From NCBI GenBank assembly GCA_964650515.1, contig CAZYUB010000008.1, positions 16,126 to 80,125 on the forward strand: 64,000 bases of DNA, read 5' to 3'. The DNA comes from an uncultured Planctomycetia bacterium (GTDB lineage: Bacteria; Omnitrophota; Gorgyraeia; Pluralincolimonadales; Pluralincolimonadaceae). Position numbers and translations under genes: made by a program. This document shows, one piece after another, positions 38,403 to 48,990 of this stretch (its first letter is position 1; each line of letters opens with the position of its first letter). The notes below the pieces were generated by a model. The model worked only from the letters and a program-made list of their open reading frames with translations, was not told the origin of the DNA and searched no databases.

Positions 38403-39485
38403 TTAGGGATGGTGTTTCCTCAGGCGCAGCGCGACATTGACTAGGATTATGAGCGCAGGCACTTCTATCAGCGGGCCGATGACCGTCGCGAAGGCCTGGT
38501 TGGAGCTTATACCGAAGATGGCTACCGCGACCGCTATTGCCAGCTCAAAATCATTGCTGGCCGCGGTAAAAGACACGGCCGTGGTCTGGCCGTAGTTTAT
38601 TCGCATCTTCCTCGCGATGAAGAACGTCGCGAACCACATCACGAAGAAATATATCAACAGCGGTATCGCTATCCTTACCACGTCAAAAGGCATCTGTATT
38701 ATGTACTGCCCCTTCAGCGAGAACATGACGACAATAGTGAACAGCAGCGCAACGAGGGTCAACGGGCTTATCTTCGGGATAAAGACTTCCTCGAACCACT
38801 TCCTCCCTTTCAACCCGATGCCGCCGACGCGCGTAAGCGCTCCCGCAAGGAAAGGGATCCCCAGGTAGAACAGCACGGTCTTCGCCGCGTCTACCATCGA
38901 GATGCTGATATTTACGCCTTTCGCGAGTCCGAGCCATTTCAGCCCGAGCGTAATGAACAGGTATATATACGCGGCATAGAACAGGACCTGGAACAACGCG
39001 TTGAAGGCGACCAGCCCTATCGCGAACTCCCTGTCCCCTTCAGCGAGCTCGTTCCACACGATCACCATGGCGATACAGCGCGCAAGCCCGACAAGTATCA
39101 CGCCTATCATATATTCGGGGCGATCGCGCAGGAACGTTATCGCGAGGACGAACATCAACAGCGGGCCTATGACCCAATTCTGCACGAGGGAAAGCACCAG
39201 CAGTTTCGGCCTGCTGAATACCTTTCCCATCTCCTCGTATTTTACCTTGGCCAGCGGCGGGTACATCATGAGTATAAGCCCTATGGCTATCGGAATAGAG
39301 GTAGTGCCTACCTGCATGCCCGCGATGGCATCGGTGACGTCGGGAGCGAAATAGCCCAACGCTATTCCCGCAGCCATCGCGGCAAATATCAACGGCGTCA
39401 GGAGCTTATCCAGCAGGGATAATTCCCTCTTTATTTCAATGTCTTCATGTTTAGTATAAGGCATATATATAGTATGATCCGGCAA
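38403..39485 (-). CDS. arsenite efflux transporter, ACR3 family
   Basis: 10-TM BART-superfamily protein, collinear with ACR3. Confidence 0.8.
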   Translation of the reverse strand: MPDHTIYMPYTKHEDIEIKRELSLLDKLLTPLIFAAMAAGIALGYFAPDVTDAIAGMQVGTTSIPIAIGLILMMYPPLAKVKYEEMGKVFSRPKLLVLSLVQNWVIGPLLMFVLAITFLRDRPEYMIGVILVGLARCIAMVIVWNELAEGDREFAIGLVAFNALFQVLFYAAYIYLFITLGLKWLGLAKGVNISISMVDAAKTVLFYLGIPFLAGALTRVGGIGLKGRKWFEEVFIPKISPLTLVALLFTIVVMFSLKGQYIIQMPFDVVRIAIPLLIYFFVMWFATFFIARKMRINYGQTTAVSFTAASNDFELAIAVAVAIFGISSNQAFATVIGPLIEVPALIILVNVALRLRKHHP

Positions 39486-40128
39486 TGATGAATATCGTGC
39501 CTGTGATCATCCTCATGTAATATTCTATGGAAGCCAGGCGCTTGAACCAACGGCCCAGGGATGCCACACCGAGCGATATAGCAAAAGCGAATATAAGGAC
39601 GGGCAATCCCGTGCCGATGCCGTAGACCAGCGGCAGTACGATGCCGTTTTTGCCGTTTATCGCCAAAGGAATGAGGCTTCCGAAAAACAGCGCTGCCGAG
39701 ACCGGGCAAAAGGCGAGAGCGAATACGATGCCCAGGAGAAATGCCCCGGGGATGCCCGCGCCGGCGAGCTTGTCCTGGTCTTTCTGCGAAAGGGAGAATC
39801 CCGGGACCCTGATCTTTATTATCTCCAACAGGACCAGCCCGGTGGCCACAAGCAGCGGTCCAAGCGCGCGGTTCATGTATTTCTGGAGGAACTGCGCTAC
39901 CTGCGGGACGCTCAACAACGAATTGACGAGTATGATCCCTAGTACGGCGTAGGAAACCATCCTGCCCGCCGTATACGCCGCGCCGGAGGCCAGGACCAGC
40001 GCAGGGCGGGATACCTTCTTGGCGATGAACGATATGGCCGCGACATTCGTGGCCAACGGGCACGGGCTTATAGAGGTCAATATGCCCAGCCATAACGCCG
40101 ACCCGATGCCCGCGAGCAACCCGGTCAT
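39451..40128 (-). CDS. DsbD/CcdA-like transmembrane thiol-disulfide transfer protein
   Basis: 6 TM helices; conserved Cys in TM1 and TM4 ([15 protein letters not shown]). Confidence 0.7.
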   Translation of the reverse strand: MTGLLAGIGSALWLGILTSISPCPLATNVAAISFIAKKVSRPALVLASGAAYTAGRMVSYAVLGIILVNSLLSVPQVAQFLQKYMNRALGPLLVATGLVLLEIIKIRVPGFSLSQKDQDKLAGAGIPGAFLLGIVFALAFCPVSAALFFGSLIPLAINGKNGIVLPLVYGIGTGLPVLIFAFAISLGVASLGRWFKRLASIEYYMRMITGTIFIIAGSYYIYALY

Positions 40129-40520
40129 TGCGCCTCCTTCAACAGGGCCGACATTTCTTTTTTGACATAATCGATGAACTTCTGCCTGTTGCCGGAGTAC
40201 TCCCAGATCTTATCGAGGTTCTTCCATTTTATCTCTTTGCTGCCTTTTACCAATGACAACACGAGCGATTTGGTATAAAGCTGGTAGTCCTTAATATAAT
40301 GCCCGTTCTCCTTTTCATCCACATTGACCACTTTAAGGTCCGGCCCTATCGCTTCCTTTGAATATTGCTCCAGCTTATGGCATGTGGGGCAGCGCGCATT
40401 GCCGTGGAAATAATAGGCGACTACATGCGCGGCATCCGCATCTTCCGCCGCGCCCGCCGGCTCCGGAAATACCATGCTTATCGCGGCAAACGCCAGTATG
40501 GCTGTAAACAGTTTTCCCAA
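40125..40520 (-). CDS. secreted thioredoxin-fold protein (CPTC)
   Basis: Signal peptide; CPTCHKLE redox motif. Confidence 0.65.
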   Translation of the reverse strand: MGKLFTAILAFAAISMVFPEPAGAAEDADAAHVVAYYFHGNARCPTCHKLEQYSKEAIGPDLKVVNVDEKENGHYIKDYQLYTKSLVLSLVKGSKEIKWKNLDKIWEYSGNRQKFIDYVKKEMSALLKEAQ

Positions 40521-40530
40521 TCTCCCTCCT

Positions 40531-40764
40531 TTATTTTGATATTATACCCTTTATCTCTTCCCTGCTTAATACTTTCCCGGAGGATACCAGGGTGCCGTCT
40601 ACCGCGAGCGCCGGGGTCATCATCACCCCGTATCCCGTGATCTTATCGATATCGGTGACCTTCGATATCTCGGCGTCAAGGCCGAGCTCCTTTACCGCCG
40701 CCTCCGCGTTCGCCTTGAGCTGGTCGCATTTGAAGCAACCCATTCCTAATATCTCTATCTTCAT
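40531..40764 (-). CDS. small thioredoxin-like protein (redox-active disulfide protein 2 / MTH895-like)
   Basis: 77 aa; GMGCFKCDQ motif. Confidence 0.75.
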   Translation of the reverse strand: MKIEILGMGCFKCDQLKANAEAAVKELGLDAEISKVTDIDKITGYGVMMTPALAVDGTLVSSGKVLSREEIKGIISK

Positions 40765-40773
40765 CTCCCCCTC

Positions 40774-41520
40774 CTATTTGACCGCCCGCACACATATGCT
40801 GGCCACCGAATCATCGGCAGGATAGCCGGACTCTTTTTCCACGCTTACATCGCGGAATCCGGTCTTTTTTACCAAGGACAGGTATTCGTCCTTATTTATC
40901 GCGCCTGAAATGCATCCGACATACGCTTTGACGGATTCCTTTTTCTCCGGCGGAAGCTCTTTTATTAGGACCAGGTCGGAGACCATCATCCTTCCTCCCG
41001 GCTTTAATACCCTGAACGCCTCCCTGAACACGCTTTCCTTGTCGGGCGACAGGTTTATGACGCAGTTAGAGATGACCGCATCGATGCAACCGTCTTCGAC
41101 GGGCAGCTTCTCTATCTCGCCCAGCCTGAATTCGACATTTTTGTAGCCGCCTTTCGCGGCATTTCTCACGGCCTTCTCTATCATCTCCGGGGTCATATCC
41201 ACCCCGATTACCCGGCCGGCGGGGCCGACCCTGCGTGAAGCAAGGAAGGAATCGAAACCCGCCCCGCTTCCGAGGTCAAGGACGGTCTCCCCCTCCTCAA
41301 GTGACGTTATCGCTACGGGATTGCCGCATCCGAGCCCCAGGTTCGCGCCACCGGGAACGGCGTCCATTTCGGCATCGCTGTATCCTACGGACCTGCTAAT
41401 ATCCCGCGCGGCCTGCGCGCCGCCGGAACAACATGAAGATCCCTGACAGCATGAGCTTTCCGTGCGCGCTATCTCGGCGTACCCGTCCCTTACAATCTTC
41501 TTTATATTCTTCTTGTCCAT
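40774..41520 (-). CDS. arsM: arsenite S-adenosylmethionine methyltransferase
   Basis: SAM motif VLDLGSGAG plus N-terminal Cys pairs (CCQGSSCC) and C-terminal Cys, typical of ArsM. Confidence 0.85.
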   Translation of the reverse strand: MDKKNIKKIVRDGYAEIARTESSCCQGSSCCSGGAQAARDISRSVGYSDAEMDAVPGGANLGLGCGNPVAITSLEEGETVLDLGSGAGFDSFLASRRVGPAGRVIGVDMTPEMIEKAVRNAAKGGYKNVEFRLGEIEKLPVEDGCIDAVISNCVINLSPDKESVFREAFRVLKPGGRMMVSDLVLIKELPPEKKESVKAYVGCISGAINKDEYLSLVKKTGFRDVSVEKESGYPADDSVASICVRAVK

Positions 41521-41532
41521 AACGTTTCTCCC

Positions 41533-42657
41533 TTATTCCGCGATCAACCCGAACACGACACCGGATATCGTAGCCATTATCACGACCGACACCACATAGA
41601 CGGCCGTCTTCTTCGTGCCTATAACACCCCTGATTACAAGCATGCTCGGCAGGCTCAGGGAGGGTCCCGCCAGCAGCAGCGCAAGCGCCGGGCCTTTTCC
41701 CATACCCGAGGCCATGAGCCCCTGCACTATCGGCACCTCCGTCAATGTCGCGAAATACATGAACGCGCCTACGATCGAGGAGAAGAAATTCGCGAACAAC
41801 GAGTTCCCCCCGACGAGAGCTGCAACATACCTCGAAGGTATTATGCCTTCATGCCCTACCCGGCCGAGCAGGAATCCCGATATCAGGATACCGCCCAGCA
41901 AGAGCGGCAATATCTGCAACGCAAAAGCCCACGTCGCGGACACCCAGTCCTTGATCTCGTCTTTCTTGAACCAGCTGGCCAGCGCAGCAACCATAACCGC
42001 GAGAAAGAACCCGGTTATCCACCATCTCCCCGAGTTCGCGAAGACGAGCACCGCGATCATCGAGAAGAAGTAAACCGCGTTCTTCCAGAGCGGGCGCGGT
42101 TCCTTTATCACGCCCGGCTGTAACTCCCCCTTAGCATGGCGGGCATGCTCTTCCTTTATGAATATCAGGTGCATGATAAAACCTATAACTATACTGAAGA
42201 CGATCGCTCCTATCGCGCGCGCAAGGCCGATCTTCCATCCGAGGATGCGGGCGGTCAGTATTATCGCCAGCACATTGATGGCCGGCCCCGAATACAGGAA
42301 CGCTATCGCAGGCCCCAAACCGGCCCCTCGCCTGTATATTCCCGAGAAGAGCGGCAATATAGTGCACGAGCAAACCGCAAGTATAACGCCGGAGACCGAC
42401 GCAACGCCGTATGACAGCATCTTGTTCGCCTTTGCGCCGAAATACTTTATTACGGATGCCTGGTTGACGAATACCGCGATCGCGCCCGCTATGAAGAACG
42501 CCGGCACGAGGCACAGCAGCACGTGCTCCCGCGCATACCACTTCACCAGAGCGAGCGCTTCGAATATTGCGTTATCGAACCGCAGGTTCTCTATCGGCAT
42601 GTAAAAACAGCCGAGGAATATAGCAATTATATACACGAGTTTCTTCAATTCCTTCAT
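41533..42657 (-). CDS. arsP: organoarsenical efflux permease ArsP-like (DUF318 permease)
   Basis: Two-repeat permease carrying AVCSCTILPLF, which matches the ArsP TPFcSCSxxP signature. Confidence 0.7.
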   Translation of the reverse strand: MKELKKLVYIIAIFLGCFYMPIENLRFDNAIFEALALVKWYAREHVLLCLVPAFFIAGAIAVFVNQASVIKYFGAKANKMLSYGVASVSGVILAVCSCTILPLFSGIYRRGAGLGPAIAFLYSGPAINVLAIILTARILGWKIGLARAIGAIVFSIVIGFIMHLIFIKEEHARHAKGELQPGVIKEPRPLWKNAVYFFSMIAVLVFANSGRWWITGFFLAVMVAALASWFKKDEIKDWVSATWAFALQILPLLLGGILISGFLLGRVGHEGIIPSRYVAALVGGNSLFANFFSSIVGAFMYFATLTEVPIVQGLMASGMGKGPALALLLAGPSLSLPSMLVIRGVIGTKKTAVYVVSVVIMATISGVVFGLIAE

Positions 42658-42959
42658 TTCCTTCCTTTCCTAATGATCTCGCAGCATCCGCCTTCTATCC
42701 GTATGGCCTTGATATTTACCAGTCCGTCGGCTATCTTCTCCTGCGCGGAAGTCAGGATCCTCGAGAATGTCGGCCGTGATATCTTCATGAGTTTCGCGGC
42801 GTCGACCTGCTTTAATCCTTCGAGGCAAGCCAGGCGCATCGCCTCGAATTCATCGAGGGTCAAGGAAACCGCGTCCACCTTGTTCATCGGCTTGCAGAGG
42901 GGCTTGAAACACCTCTCCCCGGGGGCACATTTTATCCATCTTGTTATTTTCGGCCTCAA
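42654..42959 (-). CDS. DUF134 (UPF0251) predicted DNA-binding protein with Cys-rich termini; candidate regulator of the ars operon
   Basis: TTG start with a GGAGG RBS 6 nt upstream; CxxxxxC...C N-terminus, sigma-region-4-like HTH (LTLDEFEAMRLACLEGLKQVDAAKLMKISRPTFSRI), C-terminal GGCCE. Confidence 0.65.
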   Translation of the reverse strand: MRPKITRWIKCAPGERCFKPLCKPMNKVDAVSLTLDEFEAMRLACLEGLKQVDAAKLMKISRPTFSRILTSAQEKIADGLVNIKAIRIEGGCCEIIRKGRK

Positions 42960-42972
42960 GGCGATCCTCCAT

Positions 42973-43021
42973 TATGAACATATGTCCATAACAGTATAGC
43001 ATACATGCGGCGGTTGTCAAT
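42973..43021 (-). promoter_or_regulatory. ars-operon promoter (TTGACA-16-TATACT) followed by a 20-bp near-perfect palindrome TTATGGACATATGTTCATAA
   Basis: Palindrome (18/20) lies between the -10 and the GGAGG RBS of the DUF134 gene. Confidence 0.55.
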
Positions 43022-43026
43022 ACCGG

Positions 43027-43680
43027 TTATTTTTTCGCGCCGGCTTTGATCAGCAGGTGGACTATCTCGTTGTATTTTTTTTCTTTTGCGAGGCTGTATG
43101 CAGTCGAGCCGTCGATGACCTTGGCGTCGACACGGGCATCTTTTGCTAGGAGGGCTTTTACCACATCGATGTAGCCGTTGTTGGATGCTGCTATTAAGGC
43201 GGTGACGCCGTTATTCGCGGTCGCATTCACGTCGGCGCCCTTCTCGAGGAGCGCCTCCACTATCTTGGTATAACCATACTGCGAGGCCCATATCATGGCG
43301 GTAGTCCCGTCGTCGTTGGCTTTAGCGTCTACCTCCGCCCCCTTCTCCAGCAGCGCCTCGACAACATCGAGGTAACCTCTCTGGCATGCCTGCATAAGGG
43401 AGGTGACGCCGTTATCGGTCTTCGCGTTCACGTCGGCGCCTTTCTCCAGCAGCAGTTTCACGACCTCGAGATGGCCCTGTTCGGAGGCATACTGCAGCGC
43501 GGTGGCGTTGTAGGTGGTCTTCCCGTTAACGTCCACGCCTTTTGCAAGCATGGAGCGGACTGCGGATACATCGCCTTTCCAGGCGGCCCTTATAAGGTCT
43601 TCGCAGGAACTGTCAGCGCAAAGACCGGGGTATGCCAGGCAAATTAACGCGATCGCTAAAGCAAGGACGTGAGGCCTCAC
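43027..43680 (-). CDS. secreted ankyrin-repeat protein (5 repeats)
   Basis: Signal peptide; repeated G-TALxxAxxxGHxxVVxxLLxxGADVNA units. Confidence 0.85.
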   Translation of the reverse strand: MRPHVLALAIALICLAYPGLCADSSCEDLIRAAWKGDVSAVRSMLAKGVDVNGKTTYNATALQYASEQGHLEVVKLLLEKGADVNAKTDNGVTSLMQACQRGYLDVVEALLEKGAEVDAKANDDGTTAMIWASQYGYTKIVEALLEKGADVNATANNGVTALIAASNNGYIDVVKALLAKDARVDAKVIDGSTAYSLAKEKKYNEIVHLLIKAGAKK

Positions 43681-43692
43681 CGTATCTCCGGG

Positions 43693-46600
43693 TCAGAACT
43701 TATACCTGACATCAGCCCAGCCCGTATGCGCAGTGAAGTCCTCCTTGTATTCGAAATCATAGTTCGTCTCTAACACCCAGTTGTTATTCGCTATTAGGGT
43801 CACCTTGGCGCCGGCGTTCAGCGAGTTCTGCGCGGGATCAAAGCCGTTGGTAGCGAACGAGCCGCCTCCGCCCGAGAATGTCGAGGTCGTCTCCTGCCTG
43901 TCTCCGATAAAGTCATAAAGCCATTTCGCGTGGATCTCGGGTATTATCGTCCCCGTCTCCGTCTTGAACGGGCGCTCGAGCTTCATGCCGAGGCCGGACT
44001 GCAGGAGGTCGTAATTCTGGCTGTTGACGTGCAGGTTGAGCGCGCCCGCGTTCTTCTCCGTGTAGCCCTCAAGATGGAGCCGTTCGTACTGCAACGACGC
44101 CATGGGAGTGATGCCGAATTCGCCGGATTTGAACGTGTATCCTCCGTCCAGCAGCACGGAATACTGCTGGCCGTCATAATCAGAATTCGCAGTCCTCATT
44201 ATAGTGCCGACCGCTATATGCCTCGAGCTGTCATATTTATTATAGGCAAACGAGAAAGCGCCGTTCAGGTAATACGGGTTCTCCGCGTCCGCGTAACCGG
44301 CATAAAGCGTGCCCTGGTAGCTGTCTATGTCCGTCTTGCCGCTGTTATCCTTCGAATTGATGCCGCTCTGCGCGTAACCGCCGCTGAGGCCCATGCGGAC
44401 CCTGTTATTGAATGCCGGGATGTCCCCGCCGATGGCCGTGCCCCAGACGGTAGCGCGGTAACCGTTACTCGAGCCGCGCGGCTCCTGGCGAAGGTATTCA
44501 CCGAAGCCCTGGCCCCAAGCCTCAAAACCCTGCAGACCTTCGCATCCTGCCGACACGCCGGTTTCTCCGTCGCGCGCTCTTGCGAAGAGGCCCGTAAGCC
44601 TGTCGGTTACTGTACCTATAAACTGCCCTAATGACAGGTTGCTTGAGGCGATCACGCCGCCGTCCACGACCGGGATAAGAGTGTCCAGGGATGAGCCCAC
44701 TTCCGCATTGTTCAACCCTTCGAGCGCGTTCAACACGTCCGCCATGTCATCGGTCGGGTCAGATATATTGTCAAGCACTGCGCCTACAGCGGCAGTGTTG
44801 GAGTTCGTGGCGTCACCCGCAAAACCCTGTCCCGGGCCTGAACGGTTTACCGTAAGGATAAGGTCGCCGCCGACACTCGAGCCTATGAGAGTATATCTCG
44901 AATTGCTTGATGTTATCGTAGCAGGCACATTCACGCCGGCGCCTCCCGCTCCGTCTATGATTTTCAAGGTAGCATTATTCGGCAGATATTCGGTTATAGT
45001 GACATTGACCGCGCTTGCGGCGGAGACAACGGCATCGGCAGCGGATACGATACTGCCGAAGCTCGAAACGGAAGCCGCGTTCAACCTCAAGGTTGAGCCC
45101 GCCGCCTGCGTATAGACGCCGTTAAAAGTCAATGTAGTCGACCCGATATCGAGGGTGGCATTGTTCGTTAACGCCCCCGTACCGACGGCGCTGGCGTTGC
45201 TTGCCCTCAACGTACCCGCATTGATCGTCGTAGTCCCGGTATATGTGTTCGCGCCGCTGAAGATAAGGGTGCCTGTCCCCTCTTTCGTGAACGCCGTCGC
45301 AGCGGTACCGTCTGCGATGACTCCGCTGTATGTAGTGGAGCTGTCGTTGCCGCCCGCAACCAGCGTGCATGCACCGGCGCGGTTTATGACATTGCCTGCG
45401 CCGGAAAGCGAGCCTATAGTCTCGTTCTTGCCATTGAGGTCAAATTCCGCTCCCGCCGCGATATTAATGGCGCTGGCATCCGGTATGACCCCGGAGGCGC
45501 CGAGAGTAAATTTGCCTTCGTTGATGTTAGTCGCTCCGGTATAATCGTCCCCTGTCATGTAAAGCAGGAGTTCTCCCGCTCCGCTCTTATTTACGTCGCC
45601 ATTCCCGGTGATCTTGCCGGTCAGGTTGTTCACGATAAGAAAATCACCCGCGCCGGTGAATGTTATGTCGTATCCTGCGGCGCCGGTATTGATGTTGCGG
45701 TAGATGAGCATGCTGCCTGCCGCATCCGATACCCCGATAGTGCTGTCGGCAGTAAGCGTTATGGTGCCTGAATAGGTGGACATTCCGGCAGAGCTGTTGA
45801 AGAGCGCTCCTTCACCGGCGGTGCCGGTGCCGGCTATCGAGAGCGGTTCGTCTTCGCCGGCGGTGAAAAGGTCGTGCCCGTTAAGGTCCATGGAACCGCC
45901 CGAATTTATAGTAGTCCCCGAGGTCTGGTCGCCGAGTGCGGAATCATCCCCAAGCTTCACCGTTCCGGCGTTTATCGTAGTTGTGCCGGTATAGGTATTG
46001 ACGCCTGATATCGTAGTCGTGCCGGTCCCGTTATGCTCTACGCTCATCGCGCCGGATATTACAGGGCTGAAAGTAAGCGCCGCGCTCGTGTGGTTGAAAA
46101 CCAGCTTTGCGGTACCTGCGCCTGCGGCGACTTCAGCTGCGGTCAGAGTACCGGCCGCCGCGCCGTTGCCTATATTGACGGTACCTACAGAACCTGCGGC
46201 ACTGGCCACGTTAACGGTCCCGGCCCCCCCATTGACATTGACGGTGGCGCTGTCGGCAACGGTCAATGTGCCCGTGCCGTTAAGCCCTACGTCGATATCG
46301 TTGTTCGTCACATATGTAGAACCTGTGCCCGTGACGGTCAGGACGCCCACCGAATCCGCGCTCGTGCTACCTATATACGTCTTTTCGTTCGATACGGTAA
46401 AATCTCCGCCGTTCGAGACGGTCAGCGATCCGTTGGTGTTATCGCCTATGACAACGCCCCAGGTGTTAGTCCAGTTCGATCCTGAGCCGATGTTCAGGAC
46501 ACCCGTAGTCGCACCATCGAACTTGGTCCAGCTCGTGCAGCCGCCGACATAATTGGTCAGTGTCACGTCATAGCTGTTTAGGTCCAATGTGGTTTCGAAA

Positions 46601-46842
46601 CCGAGGGATGTGACGTAACCGGTCAGGTCTATCGTGCCGGAAGCCGCGCTTTCGTTGAATTCGATGGTGCTCGTCGCGCCGTGGCTATTGACGTCATCGA
46701 TAGCCTGGCTGAAAGATCCGGCGCCGTTAGGATCATAGTTGGTCACAGTAAAGGTATCGGCGCATGCAGTTGGCGCAAATGCAAAGATGAGAAATAATAT
46801 CGTGAGGGGTATTACCGAAATATTCTTGTCGGCCTTTATCAT
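43693..46842 (-). CDS. autotransporter (type Va) with a long G/T/A-rich beta-helical passenger and C-terminal 12-strand barrel
   Basis: Signal peptide; numerous autotransporter-associated beta-strand repeats (GTGT.., NGG...); C-terminal barrel ending WADVRYKF. Confidence 0.8.
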   Translation of the reverse strand: MIKADKNISVIPLTILFLIFAFAPTACADTFTVTNYDPNGAGSFSQAIDDVNSHGATSTIEFNESAASGTIDLTGYVTSLGFETTLDLNSYDVTLTNYVGGCTSWTKFDGATTGVLNIGSGSNWTNTWGVVIGDNTNGSLTVSNGGDFTVSNEKTYIGSTSADSVGVLTVTGTGSTYVTNNDIDVGLNGTGTLTVADSATVNVNGGAGTVNVASAAGSVGTVNIGNGAAAGTLTAAEVAAGAGTAKLVFNHTSAALTFSPVISGAMSVEHNGTGTTTISGVNTYTGTTTINAGTVKLGDDSALGDQTSGTTINSGGSMDLNGHDLFTAGEDEPLSIAGTGTAGEGALFNSSAGMSTYSGTITLTADSTIGVSDAAGSMLIYRNINTGAAGYDITFTGAGDFLIVNNLTGKITGNGDVNKSGAGELLLYMTGDDYTGATNINEGKFTLGASGVIPDASAINIAAGAEFDLNGKNETIGSLSGAGNVINRAGACTLVAGGNDSSTTYSGVIADGTAATAFTKEGTGTLIFSGANTYTGTTTINAGTLRASNASAVGTGALTNNATLDIGSTTLTFNGVYTQAAGSTLRLNAASVSSFGSIVSAADAVVSAASAVNVTITEYLPNNATLKIIDGAGGAGVNVPATITSSNSRYTLIGSSVGGDLILTVNRSGPGQGFAGDATNSNTAAVGAVLDNISDPTDDMADVLNALEGLNNAEVGSSLDTLIPVVDGGVIASSNLSLGQFIGTVTDRLTGLFARARDGETGVSAGCEGLQGFEAWGQGFGEYLRQEPRGSSNGYRATVWGTAIGGDIPAFNNRVRMGLSGGYAQSGINSKDNSGKTDIDSYQGTLYAGYADAENPYYLNGAFSFAYNKYDSSRHIAVGTIMRTANSDYDGQQYSVLLDGGYTFKSGEFGITPMASLQYERLHLEGYTEKNAGALNLHVNSQNYDLLQSGLGMKLERPFKTETGTIIPEIHAKWLYDFIGDRQETTSTFSGGGGSFATNGFDPAQNSLNAGAKVTLIANNNWVLETNYDFEYKEDFTAHTGWADVRYKF

Positions 46843-46911
46843 TATCGTCCTCCTTGCTATTTAGGATATGCTATCAGAAAGAGCCTGTATATAGCAAGAA
46901 AAAGTTATTTT

Positions 46912-47229
46912 CTATTTCCTCTTGAGGTTGTTCAGTACCTTCACAAGCATAAATATGGCGAATGCTATGATAAGGAAATCTATAAGAGTATTGATGAAAA
47001 GGCCGTAATTCAACGTGACTGCGGGATCAGTAGCCGTCGCCGCTTTCATCGTAAGCTTCAGGTCCTTGAAATCCACGCCGCCAAGCAGCAGCCCTATAGG
47101 CGGCATTATCATGTCATTTACGAGGGAACTGACGATCTTCGTAAAAGCCGCGCCGACGACTATACCTACCGCCATATCGATCGCATTGCCCTTGACCGCG
47201 AATTCCTTGAACTCCTTGATTATTTGCAT
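46912..47229 (-). CDS. mscL: large-conductance mechanosensitive channel (short form)
   Basis: [29 protein letters not shown]...[14 protein letters not shown] near-identical in pattern to MscL TM1 and loop. Confidence 0.85.
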   Translation of the reverse strand: MQIIKEFKEFAVKGNAIDMAVGIVVGAAFTKIVSSLVNDMIMPPIGLLLGGVDFKDLKLTMKAATATDPAVTLNYGLFINTLIDFLIIAFAIFMLVKVLNNLKRK

Positions 47230-47242
47230 TTCGGGGCTCCTT

Positions 47243-48610
47243 CTATTTCCGCGCCGCCAAAGCTACGGCCTTCGCCACATTCTCATGCACAGCGGCATTC
47301 ATGAAGTTCGGGACGACCTCGTTCTTGCCTGCGAGCGAGGCGATCGTCTCGGCTGCGGAGAACTTCATCTTTGTCGTGATCTCCTTGGCGCGCGAATCAA
47401 GCGCGCCCCTTATGATGCCGGGAAAAGCGAGCGCGTTGTTTATGGTCCTTCCGTCGAGCGCTATAGATGCGCCGGCCTCTTCGGCCTCTTTCGGCCATAT
47501 CTCGGGAACTGGATTGGCAAGCGCGAATATTATCGGGCGCCTGTTCATCGTCTTGACCATCTGCTTGCTGACGAGTCCCGGGGCGGACAGTCCTATAAAC
47601 ACGTCCTTGCCCTTCAACACGTCCTTAAGCGCGCCTTTCTCCCTGCGCTTGTTCGTTATGCAGGCGATCTCCTTCTTATACGGGTTCATATCGCCTGCCC
47701 TGCCTTTATAAATGGCGCCTGCCCTGTCGCAGAACACTATGTGCCTGAAGCCGTATCCGAGCATGAGCTTTGCGGCAGCAATACCCGCCGCTCCTGCGCC
47801 GTTGATGACTATCTCGACCTTCTCCTTCTTCTTTCCGGTCATCTTGAGCGCTTTTATCAACGCGGCCAATATGACGGTCGCGGTGCCGTGCTGGTCGTCG
47901 TGGAAGACGGGCACCTTTACCTTCTTCTGGAGTTTCTGCTCGACCTCGAAACAAAGCGGAGCGCCGACATCCTCTATCATGATGACGCTGAACGTCTCCG
48001 CGAGGCACGCGAGCGAATCGACTATCTCATCGGCGTCTTCGCTCTTGAGCAGCAGGGGCACACAGCTTACCTTTGCCATCTTGTTCAATATTATGGATTT
48101 CCCTTCCATGACCGGCATCGCGGCTAGGACGCCTATATTACCGAGCCCGAGGACGGCGGAACCGTTCGTCGCTATGCAGACCGTGTTGCCGATCGACGTA
48201 TAGTCGCGCGCCGACGAGGGGTTGGCGACGATATGGTTACATACCTGCGCGACACCGGGCGTATAGATCATGCGCAGGTCGTTGAGCGTCTCCACTTTTA
48301 CGCGTGGCTTTACTTCGATCTTACCGCCTTTATGCAGGTTGAGCACCTCGTCCTGTATGTTCAGGACCTTATATCCCTTGAGGGTCTTTACCGCGGCTAT
48401 CGCCTTATGGAATTGCCTCTCATCGTCGAAGAACGCTATTATGTCCCTTACTATATAATTTGACGTAAGGTGTATCTTCGTGATGTCGCCCAGCGTGACG
48501 CCTTCGATGCCGAGCGCAAGCGCGAGGGTGCCGAGGGCTCCGGGGACATCCGGTATCCTGAAGCGTATCTTCTTGACGATCTTATGCGAATACTTCTCTA
48601 CTTCCGACAT
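47243..48610 (-). CDS. malic enzyme (NAD(P)-dependent malate dehydrogenase, decarboxylating) with N-terminal ACT domain
   Basis: ACT-like first 75 aa, then malic-enzyme motifs ([25 protein letters not shown]). Confidence 0.85.
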   Translation of the reverse strand: MSEVEKYSHKIVKKIRFRIPDVPGALGTLALALGIEGVTLGDITKIHLTSNYIVRDIIAFFDDERQFHKAIAAVKTLKGYKVLNIQDEVLNLHKGGKIEVKPRVKVETLNDLRMIYTPGVAQVCNHIVANPSSARDYTSIGNTVCIATNGSAVLGLGNIGVLAAMPVMEGKSIILNKMAKVSCVPLLLKSEDADEIVDSLACLAETFSVIMIEDVGAPLCFEVEQKLQKKVKVPVFHDDQHGTATVILAALIKALKMTGKKKEKVEIVINGAGAAGIAAAKLMLGYGFRHIVFCDRAGAIYKGRAGDMNPYKKEIACITNKRREKGALKDVLKGKDVFIGLSAPGLVSKQMVKTMNRRPIIFALANPVPEIWPKEAEEAGASIALDGRTINNALAFPGIIRGALDSRAKEITTKMKFSAAETIASLAGKNEVVPNFMNAAVHENVAKAVALAARK

Positions 48611-48975
48611 TTTGCAAGTATCTCCTTGACCTGTTTTACGAATTTATCGTTCGGGGTGGATTTTGATATATAGTCGAGCCCGCCTATCTTCCCGTCCACA
48701 GCCGCGACCTCTTCATCCGTGACAAGCGCGGTCAGGAACGCGACCGGGATGCCTTTCGTCTTCTCATCAAGCTTCAGGCTTTCGTGGACCCGTGTTCCTT
48801 CCACGTCCGGCATCATTATATCGAGCAGGACAAGGTCAGGCGCCTGTTCCGCGGCCATGGCCAATCCTTTCCTCGCGTCGTTCGAGGATATAACTTCAAA
48901 ACCTTCTTTCGACAGGACCTCCGTATAGAGCTTGAGCACCATCGCATCATCGTCTATCATCAGGATCTTTGCCAT
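48598..48975 (-). CDS. single-domain response regulator (CheY-like)
   Basis: DDD acidic pocket, phospho-Asp (LLDIMMPD), conserved T and K. Confidence 0.85.
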   Translation of the reverse strand: MAKILMIDDDAMVLKLYTEVLSKEGFEVISSNDARKGLAMAAEQAPDLVLLDIMMPDVEGTRVHESLKLDEKTKGIPVAFLTALVTDEEVAAVDGKIGGLDYISKSTPNDKFVKQVKEILAKCRK

Positions 48976-48990
48976 GTCCCCTCCTTAGGG

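Noticed and set aside
43930-46552. Several plus-strand ORFs and short internal repeats inside the autotransporter region
   Set aside because: Antisense to the passenger domain. The repeats are the imperfect GT-rich coding repeats of the beta-helix, not a CRISPR array or tandem DNA repeat with spacers.
46843-46911. Inverted repeat CTTGCTAT...ATAGCAAG between mscL and the autotransporter
   Set aside because: 8-bp arms separated by 31 nt. This is too loose for a terminator, with no U-tract, and could be chance in a 69-nt spacer.
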